Of a stretch of 5,713 bases of DNA, positions 1 to 5,713 are shown one piece after another. Each line of letters starts with the position of its first letter. Position 1 is the first letter of the stretch. The DNA comes from Zygophlyctis sp. KS116 (lineage: Eukaryota > Fungi > Chytridiomycota): the NCBI GenBank assembly GCA_054661495.1, contig BAAFSQ010000471.1, positions 1 through 5,713 on the forward strand, written 5' to 3'. The position numbers were made by a program, and so were the translations under genes. The notes below the pieces were generated by a model. That model saw only the letters and a list, made by a program, of their open reading frames with translations, had not been told where the DNA came from and did not search any database.

Positions 1-135
1 CGGCGAATATAGAAGGTACCAACCTATAATTTGGTACTTAAACTTTTATGTATATATGCTCACTCTATACAAAATTTGGTATCTCTATCTAGTGTTTAAC
101 ATGTTGGTACCAGCTCGCCCAGGCCCAGAACCGCT

Positions 136-143
136 TATATAAA
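136..143 (+). promoter_or_regulatory. TATA-box-like TATATAAA upstream of ORF1
   Basis: Consensus match directly after a GC-rich patch (111-134); about 10 nt before ATG 153 and 40 nt before ATG 183. Confidence 0.3.
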
Positions 144-152
144 GATTTGACA

Positions 153-1421
153 ATGGACACCTCGTTTGGTTCTATCTACCCGATGAAAAGAGCCAGATCA
201 TATAGCTCCCCAGATCGATTTTCAAATCTGTGCAATCAGATTGCACCTTCTGAGGATTTTACTGAAATAGAATTTCTTACTCAATTTCAAAAAGATAATG
301 ATGAAGAATTAGAATTGGAAAAAAGTTCCCCTATTAAACTAGATGGAAAAGGAAATATTGAAGCAAAAATTATTCAATTAGAGCAAATGGTGCTTTCGTT
401 GAAAGAAACAGTGGATAGCTATGACAAAAAATTTGGAAAAATTGAGAAAGATGTGGATCGGAAACTTGAAGAAACTAATCAAAATTCTATCATGATTCTA
501 AATATATTAAAAGAGATGAAGATTAATTTTGAAAGAAAAGATACAATGATGGAAGAAAATATTGCGAAAGGGGGACTTAATAATCCCCTCAAAAAAGTAA
601 CATTTGCTAAGGTTGCCGCAGTTGATAAGAAAAAGTTAGAAATGGATGATGAATACGAAAAGAAATTAGTGGAATTTATGGGGATATCAAGAAAAACTGA
701 ACGGCGACAAATAGAAGCAGAAAAACCAGATGAATTGGAGGCAGTTTATATACAAGGATTTGGATCAACCATTTCCATAAGTAGAATTAAAAAGCATCTT
801 TTTGATCTACGTTTCTTATTATCAAAGATCAAAAATACTCGGAAAGTTGGACAGACGACAGTTGAATTTTTGGTTATGAAAAGCTACGCTAAAAGATTTA
901 GAGAAAGATTTGACGCCATGAGAGGACATTTTACGGTAATTACAGATTATGACCTTCTTAAAAATCCTTGGGAAATAGAACAATCAGAAACCGAATCTCA
1001 TAAAAAATTGAAAATTGTAACAGCCAAAATATTTAGAAGTGTGGACAATAGTCAGGACCAAACCGTCAAAGCATTCTTTAGAAATATTGTTAACAGTATG
1101 GGCCCAACTGCAAAGAATGAATTTAAAAAATTAGAAGAGCAAAAAACATCGTTCAATACTGAAAATGCCGGAATAGTAAATCCTGGAAAAAAAATTACAA
1201 AGGATGAAAATCCCAAAGAAAAAATAACTGGAAATAATAATGGTACGACAAATTCTGACCTTAATAACAAAAAAATTCATGACAACGTAGATAAAGTTGA
1301 AACTAAATCAAACGAGAACATGATGGGAGACCTGGAATATCTCAAGCTAAAAACTGTCAATCTAGATTCTGAATCTGAAATGGATTATAAAAATGACAAC
1401 GTAGATATTGATCAATTATGA
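153..1421 (+). CDS. LINE ORF1-like nucleic-acid-binding protein (coiled coil + putative RRM-like domain + low-complexity N/K/E/D tail)
   Basis: Long open frame (track opens at TTG 147; first ATG 153, second ATG 183). Heptad a/d pattern I71,I75,L78,V82,L85,V89,Y92,F96,I99,V103 (track numbering, nt ~357-470). TFAKVAA at 600-620. AVYIQGF...IKKHLFDL...VEFLV segment (nt ~735-956) has an RRM-like beta-alpha-beta-beta-alpha pattern. Lies upstream of pol. No CCHC knuckle. Confidence 0.8.
   Translation: MDTSFGSIYPMKRARSYSSPDRFSNLCNQIAPSEDFTEIEFLTQFQKDNDEELELEKSSPIKLDGKGNIEAKIIQLEQMVLSLKETVDSYDKKFGKIEKDVDRKLEETNQNSIMILNILKEMKINFERKDTMMEENIAKGGLNNPLKKVTFAKVAAVDKKKLEMDDEYEKKLVEFMGISRKTERRQIEAEKPDELEAVYIQGFGSTISISRIKKHLFDLRFLLSKIKNTRKVGQTTVEFLVMKSYAKRFRERFDAMRGHFTVITDYDLLKNPWEIEQSETESHKKLKIVTAKIFRSVDNSQDQTVKAFFRNIVNSMGPTAKNEFKKLEEQKTSFNTENAGIVNPGKKITKDENPKEKITGNNNGTTNSDLNNKKIHDNVDKVETKSNENMMGDLEYLKLKTVNLDSESEMDYKNDNVDIDQL
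1418..1421 (+). promoter_or_regulatory. ATGA start/stop overlap, ORF1 to middle ORF (putative termination-reinitiation site)
   Basis: TCAATTATGA: ATG 1418-1420, TGA 1419-1421. Confidence 0.7.
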
Positions 1422-2374
1422 TTAAAATCCTATACATAACATCGATCCCTAAGGATCATAATATAATATGGACCTTGAAGAATAAATCGGAAGCAAAAAT
1501 GATTCCAGATCAAACCCACCGTAAATCTAAAACTCTAAAGAAATATAATAAGTATTATTACCCGGAACACACAAATTCTATCTTCCTTTTGGAGCCGAAT
1601 TGGACCTTGAAATTTTACACAGTTCATAAACAACATAAAGTCTCTGACATACTTAAAAATCGCATCCCTAGCTTCAACCATCTTCAAACTGGTAATACAA
1701 CACGTAGTATTACAAAAATTGCAAATATTTTTCTTGATAATATAAGCTACAGAAGAGTTGGAAACTGGATTTTTAAGTATGATTTACAAGTATTGGTGAT
1801 TTATAAATGGAGAAAATTTCAAACAATTTGGAATAAGTATAAAGGTAACTATTCCATTGGGAACGAGACCAAGTCCCTCCAATTTTTATTGTTTCATACA
1901 CTTTTCATAGATAGATTGTTAATTGAAATATCATCTATTGGTGAAATATTAAAGTTGGATAATCAGAGAATATGGATTATGAATGGTCAAAATTACAAAA
2001 TTTTCATTGAATTGGCAAACGCTGATAACACTCCAAATTCTATCTTCCTTTTGGAGCCGAATTGGACCTTGAAATTTTACACAGTTCATAAACAACATAA
2101 AGTCTCTGACATACTTAAAAATCGCATCCCTAGCTTCAACCATCTTCAAACTGGTAATACAACACGTAGTATTACAAAAATTGCAAATATTTTTCTTGAT
2201 AATATAAGCTACAGAAGAGTTGGAAACTGGATTTTTAAGTATGATTTACAAGTATTGGTGATTTATAAATGGAGAAAATTTCAAACAATTTGGAATAAGT
2301 ATACAGATAGATTATTAATTCTCATATCTCTTATCGAAAAACCATCGGTTCATACAGATCTAAGTCAGTTATGA
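1418..2374 (+). CDS. Hypothetical 318-aa protein (extra middle ORF) with a duplicated ~89-aa module; function unknown
   Basis: 318 stop-free codons in AT-rich DNA. Its ATG overlaps the ORF1 stop and its TGA overlaps the pol ATG. The internal duplication (offset 462) and an apparent 66-nt indel both preserve frame. No family motif recognised. Confidence 0.7.
   Translation: MIKILYITSIPKDHNIIWTLKNKSEAKMIPDQTHRKSKTLKKYNKYYYPEHTNSIFLLEPNWTLKFYTVHKQHKVSDILKNRIPSFNHLQTGNTTRSITKIANIFLDNISYRRVGNWIFKYDLQVLVIYKWRKFQTIWNKYKGNYSIGNETKSLQFLLFHTLFIDRLLIEISSIGEILKLDNQRIWIMNGQNYKIFIELANADNTPNSIFLLEPNWTLKFYTVHKQHKVSDILKNRIPSFNHLQTGNTTRSITKIANIFLDNISYRRVGNWIFKYDLQVLVIYKWRKFQTIWNKYTDRLLILISLIEKPSVHTDLSQL
1572..1841 (+). 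repeat. 270-bp direct repeat, copy 1 (within middle ORF)
   Basis: CAAATTCTATCTTCC...GGAATAAGTATA; no mismatch to 2034-2303 found on manual comparison. Confidence 0.97.
2034..2303 (+). repeat. 270-bp direct repeat, copy 2 (within middle ORF)
   Basis: Matches 1572-1841 at offset 462 (154 codons); encodes the same NSIFLLEPNW...QTIWNKY peptide. Confidence 0.97.
2371..2374 (+). promoter_or_regulatory. ATGA start/stop overlap, middle ORF to pol (putative termination-reinitiation site)
   Basis: TCAGTTATGA: ATG 2371-2373, TGA 2372-2374. This Met sits where an APE domain should begin (MKLLYHNVNG). Confidence 0.75.
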
Positions 2375-5358
2375 AACTATTATACCACAACGTTAATGGA
2401 CTTGATCTTGCTAAGTTAAGATCTATAGAAACATTCCTCGCATCTTCAGATGAAGATATCTTATACGTTATCAGTGAACATTGGTTTAGCCAATTTCTTA
2501 GACTTCAAGAATCTCGATTCTTCATAGAATCATCAAAATGGCTAGAGAACCCACGTATCATTGGTCATCAAAATGGTGGTATGGCTGTTCTTGGCTCCAT
2601 ATCTCTTCTCAGTCAAGTACACGTTGAAATAACTTCTGACTACACAATAAGAATAAATGTTGTAGACAAACAGATTCTGGCTGTATATCTCCCCCCAAGC
2701 ATGAATGATTCTGAAGTGAAATACATCCTAACCGATAAGTCAAATACAAACATCGATACCTTGCTAGGAGATATAAATGTTCGTTTCGGCAAAATAATGA
2801 AAGACACTAGAACTTGGAATCTTAATAGAGGAGAGCTAATTTGTAAAACATTGAACTTCCATGGAATGGATATAATACCATGTCGAATTGGTACATCAGG
2901 AAATGATCATGTATTCTCTAAATCTCATGTAGAGTGGACATATACAACCAAAGAATTATTAGACTATAAATCTGATCATGGGCGAATGGAGCTAATACTA
3001 GAAGACAAATGTCAAAACAAGGATAAAAAAGCAAACCGTTCCTCTCCGGAAAAACGATTTGCCTTCAGTATCCTCAAGGATGACACTCTCCGAAAACTCA
3101 TTAAACACGACTGGATTTCCAGGCAATACATTTTGTTTGAAGTAACTGGAAAGACATACTATGAACTTAAAAAAGGAAACTTTCAGGATTTGCAAATTAG
3201 GAATATCGTAGATACTATCTATGATTTGTTCTCGCACCAAATCTATGATCTTTGTAAAACTCACTTTCCAGTCTACGACCCTGAAGATATAAAGACGAAA
3301 AGTTTTGACAATCATATAGATTCTCAATGTTCCACACTCAATGCAATAAGAATATTCAAAAGATCACAACGGGCAACAGCACAAAATTGTAAGTTCAAAG
3401 CTACAGGAACAGATGTGGTACAAGAAGCTACAGAATTTTATTCATCTCTTTATCATGAAGAATTTGATTCAGAAACTTTGACTAGTAACATTTTCAATGA
3501 CAGGTCTCTGAATACTTGGAAGACTTGTGGCGATGAAGTTCACGAAACTTTAGTCAAGTACAGCTCAGCTAAAGCCAGTGGTCCAGATGGAATATCTACA
3601 CGCCTCCTTAAAGTTCTTAATGAAGTAAAAGGCTTCTCTGATCTAATAGCAGAACTTTTTAATATATTCCTAGAATTCTCCAATACGCCTTCTATATGGA
3701 ATATATCTAGAATACACTTACTTATGAAAGACAAAGATGTGCCGTTTGTTTCTAACTCAAGGCCTATCTCCCTTACAATCATTTTGAGAAGAATATTTGA
3801 AAAGATTATTCTCAAAAAGGCTTTGAAAGAGCAGTGGAGCCAACTACATCCAAGTCAGGCTGGATTTAGACATGGTTGGAGTACATTATCACATATTCTA
3901 TTGAATGACGAATTGAGCAGAGGCAAAGGCATGATTTCAGCATACTTGGATCTAAAAAATGCATTTGATACTGTTAATCATGGTTATTTAGTAAAAATCC
4001 TTCATGATAGGAAAGTACAATCTCATGTTATTCAACTTATACAATCATTAATGCTTCGAAACTGTAAATCCAGTTTAGAGATCAACGGGTTGGTTGCTGC
4101 TTCACTCATTCAAAGAACTAGAGGGCTTTTTCAGGGCAGTATCCTCTCTCCATTTCTCTTTAATCTGGTAATTGATACGTTAGCTCAGGATGTGACTCGA
4201 ATCTTGCCGCAAACTACTATATTGTTATTTGCCGATGATATAGTTATAAAAACAGAAACTTGGTCGGAAATGCAAAAAGCAATTAACATATGTTATTCAT
4301 GGAGCATTAAGGCTAAATTGAAGTGGGGTATTAATAAATGTGGGATAGTAACAGGAAAAGATCCCTTCTCGATCATCCTTGGAGAGGAAGTTTTACCACA
4401 GGTCAACACTTATAAATACTTAGGGGTACCATTCACGTCCAAAGGAGTTGACTGGAGATCATACACCCAAAAAATTACTGAAAAAAGTGCAAGATTCCTT
4501 AAACACATACGAGCATACTCTATAAATTGGCCAATCAAACTTAAAATAGTCATATTTAAAACTTTTGTTAGACCAATCAGCGAGTATGCACTACCACTTC
4601 TAACCAGATGGATCACTAAGCAACCAGACTCAGACGTACTACTCAAAACATTGATAGAATCATATATTGATGGAATTCAATTTATATTTGGAAAAAGACA
4701 ACCTTTGACACTGTTGGAATCATTAGCTGGTCTCGGGACGTATAGATTTAGAATACTACAATTAGAAGCTTCTCTGGCGAGACATCTCCAAGAGATGCGC
4801 CCTCCCAATCCACTTTATACCTACATGAACCAAAACTTTATATCGGATAGTCGGAATTTTATAATCTCGAAATGTAAGTCAAGTGAATTATGGAAAAAAT
4901 GGACTCATTACAAGAAAATGGAGAAGTTCCCACTAAAATACAATACATGGCTAAAACACGAAAAATATGATGACCAAACTCAACAGATAGGCAAACTACA
5001 TAGATATATTTTCCATAGATGCAAAAATCGGGCTGGAATGGATAATATTCTTAACCAAACAGGAATAATCTTAAAAAAAGGAATATTATGGAGATCTAAC
5101 GTTGCATTTAGTAATACCACATGTCCTATTTGTACCAGAAAATTCAATCGAGCACATCTTCTTAGATGTGACCTCTACTCACTTTTAGGAATTGGATTTG
5201 AAGATATCTCTGTAACCAAAGCCTTCCAGGCAGACCTTAAGGAACTCAAAACCCAAAAGCTTGCTGAAAATTATACATTATTAGATTACTATCTCAATAA
5301 TGAAGACTACATACTATTCCAGACCATATATGATCAAGTTAAAGCTATTCTATGTTAA
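2371..5358 (+). CDS. Non-LTR retrotransposon pol/ORF2-type protein: APE (EEP) endonuclease + reverse transcriptase + C-terminal CCHC-type zinc motif
   Basis: APE motifs YHNVNGL, ISEHW, GGMAVL, AVYLPP, LGDINV, NDHVF, SDH (2971-2979). RT motifs ASGPDGI (GPDG at 3580), RPISL, QAGFR, YLDLKNAFDTV, GLFQGSILSPFLFN, FADD (4228-4239), INKC, YKYLG (4411-4425). CPICTRKFNRAHLLRC = CX2CX7HX3C (5122-5169). No RNase H recognised. Confidence 0.97.
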   Translation: MKLLYHNVNGLDLAKLRSIETFLASSDEDILYVISEHWFSQFLRLQESRFFIESSKWLENPRIIGHQNGGMAVLGSISLLSQVHVEITSDYTIRINVVDKQILAVYLPPSMNDSEVKYILTDKSNTNIDTLLGDINVRFGKIMKDTRTWNLNRGELICKTLNFHGMDIIPCRIGTSGNDHVFSKSHVEWTYTTKELLDYKSDHGRMELILEDKCQNKDKKANRSSPEKRFAFSILKDDTLRKLIKHDWISRQYILFEVTGKTYYELKKGNFQDLQIRNIVDTIYDLFSHQIYDLCKTHFPVYDPEDIKTKSFDNHIDSQCSTLNAIRIFKRSQRATAQNCKFKATGTDVVQEATEFYSSLYHEEFDSETLTSNIFNDRSLNTWKTCGDEVHETLVKYSSAKASGPDGISTRLLKVLNEVKGFSDLIAELFNIFLEFSNTPSIWNISRIHLLMKDKDVPFVSNSRPISLTIILRRIFEKIILKKALKEQWSQLHPSQAGFRHGWSTLSHILLNDELSRGKGMISAYLDLKNAFDTVNHGYLVKILHDRKVQSHVIQLIQSLMLRNCKSSLEINGLVAASLIQRTRGLFQGSILSPFLFNLVIDTLAQDVTRILPQTTILLFADDIVIKTETWSEMQKAINICYSWSIKAKLKWGINKCGIVTGKDPFSIILGEEVLPQVNTYKYLGVPFTSKGVDWRSYTQKITEKSARFLKHIRAYSINWPIKLKIVIFKTFVRPISEYALPLLTRWITKQPDSDVLLKTLIESYIDGIQFIFGKRQPLTLLESLAGLGTYRFRILQLEASLARHLQEMRPPNPLYTYMNQNFISDSRNFIISKCKSSELWKKWTHYKKMEKFPLKYNTWLKHEKYDDQTQQIGKLHRYIFHRCKNRAGMDNILNQTGIILKKGILWRSNVAFSNTTCPICTRKFNRAHLLRCDLYSLLGIGFEDISVTKAFQADLKELKTQKLAENYTLLDYYLNNEDYILFQTIYDQVKAILC

Positions 5359-5361
5359 AAT

Positions 5362-5424
5362 CCAGTTACCTTCCTCTCACTGAGAGGTTTAATGGAAACT
5401 GGTCTTAGGTTTTTACACCTAGGA
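5362..5424 (+). other. Two adjacent stem-loops in the 3' UTR
   Basis: CCAGTTACC (5362-5370) pairs with GGAAACTGG (5394-5402, 8/9), enclosing CCTCTC-ACT-GAGAGG (5373-5387). Then TCTTAGGT (5403-5410) pairs with ACCTAGGA (5417-5424, one G-U). Confidence 0.7.
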
Positions 5425-5442
5425 TATAAATTTAAAAGTTAA

Positions 5443-5448
5443 AATAAA
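5443..5448 (+). promoter_or_regulatory. AATAAA polyadenylation-like signal
   Basis: AATAAA 11 nt before the CCTAACCC tract; the AT-rich context lowers its significance. Confidence 0.45.
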
Positions 5449-5453
5449 GTATC

Positions 5454-5713
5454 TTACTTCCTAACCCTAACCCTAGGTCTTGCGTCCGGAAATGTAGGGT
5501 CTGCGTCCGGAAAACTAGGTCTTGCGTCCGGATTACTAGGTCTTGCGTCCGGAAATGTAGGGTCTGCGTCCGGAAAACTAGGTCTTGCGTCCGGAAATGT
5601 AGGGTCTGCGTCCGGAAAACTAGGTCTTGCGTCCGGATTGGCAGCTGGCTGATGAATTTTCTTATTGATACAAAAGTTACGTGTAATTGTCAATTTATCG
5701 AGGTTACTTTCTG
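5454..5713 (-). CDS. Possible 3' end of a minus-strand ORF encoding Pro/Asp heptapeptide repeats (may be only a by-product of the array)
   Basis: Frame stays open from the right window edge (ESNLDKLTITRNF...) through PDARPSF/PDADPTF repeats to RVRVRK-stop. No ATG inside the window. Confidence 0.25.
   Translation of the reverse strand, partial: ESNLDKLTITRNFCINKKIHQPAANPDARPSFPDADPTFPDARPSFPDADPTFPDARPSNPDARPSFPDADPTFPDARPRVRVRK
5460..5475. repeat. Short telomeric-type tract (CCCTAA/TTAGGG, ~2.7 units)
   Basis: CCTAACCCTAACCCTA, a perfect 16-nt match to (CCCTAA)n. Confidence 0.8.
5473..5640. repeat. Tandem array of 8 x 21 bp, order A-B-C-A-B-A-B-C'
   Basis: A=CTAGGTCTTGCGTCCGGAAAT, B=GTAGGGTCTGCGTCCGGAAAA, C=CTAGGTCTTGCGTCCGGATTA (C' ends ATTG). 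Invariant core TGCGTCCGGA; no spacers. Confidence 0.97.

Larger units (their letters stand above)
1..5459 (+). mobile_element. Non-LTR retrotransposon (APE-type LINE), apparently intact, three ORFs; 5' boundary not determinable, 3' end ~5459
   Basis: ORF1-like protein followed by an uninterrupted APE-RT-CCHC ORF, then a short structured 3' UTR with AATAAA and an abrupt switch to CCCTAA repeats. No LTRs, protease or integrase motifs seen. Confidence 0.93.

Noticed and set aside
2-8. GGCGAAT resembling the HDV-like ribozyme J4/2 strand
   Set aside because: Only 7 nt at the window edge; the pseudoknot would lie outside the window and cannot be tested.
1-152. Target-site duplication or 5' telomeric tract
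   Set aside because: No CCCTAA or match to the 3' flank here; the true 5' end may lie outside the window.
1324-1328. Calicivirus TURBS-like TGGGA upstream of the first junction
   Set aside because: A 5-mer ~90 nt upstream with no equivalent before the second junction; likely chance.
1572-2303. DGR template/variable repeat pair next to an RT
   Set aside because: Copies are identical with no adenine-specific differences, and the RT is an APE-fused non-LTR type.
1572-2303. LTR pair of a nested TRIM/mini LTR element
   Set aside because: No TG...CA termini, target duplication, PBS or PPT seen; both copies lie in one reading frame.
1052-4646. Five short minus-strand ORFs (1052-1270, 1949-2149, 2998-3327, 3540-3815, 4410-4646)
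   Set aside because: Antisense shadows of the long + strand ORFs with no recognisable motifs.
2371-5358. Group II intron, retron or bacterial defence RT operon (suggested by ATGA overlaps)
   Set aside because: N-terminal APE, GPDG region, C-terminal CCHC, an ORF1 and the telomeric tract all fit a eukaryotic LINE.
5473-5640. CRISPR array
   Set aside because: Units are contiguous with no unique spacers, and no cas genes are present.
5649-5713. Hammerhead core (CTGATGA) or C/D snoRNA box C
   Set aside because: No downstream GAAA with a stem II in the window; box C lacks the leading purine and a box D cannot be confirmed at the edge.

Overview
AT-rich, probably eukaryotic DNA almost entirely occupied by one apparently intact non-LTR (LINE-type) retrotransposon on the + strand. 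It has three chained ORFs rather than the usual one or two: ORF1 (coiled coil + RRM-like, 153-1421), an unknown 318-aa middle ORF with an exact in-frame 270-bp duplication (1418-2374), and a 995-aa APE endonuclease-reverse transcriptase-CCHC protein (2371-5358). Both junctions are ATGA start/stop overlaps in a shared TCARTTATGA context. A ~100-nt 3' UTR with two hairpins and AATAAA has no poly(A) and abuts a short (CCCTAA)n tract (5460-5475), which is fused to an 8 x 21-bp GC-rich tandem array. Best hypothesis (inference): a tricistronic APE-type LINE that primed reverse transcription on the G-rich strand of a TTAGGG telomeric tract, possibly a newly healed chromosome end. Host, clade and novelty cannot be established without searches.
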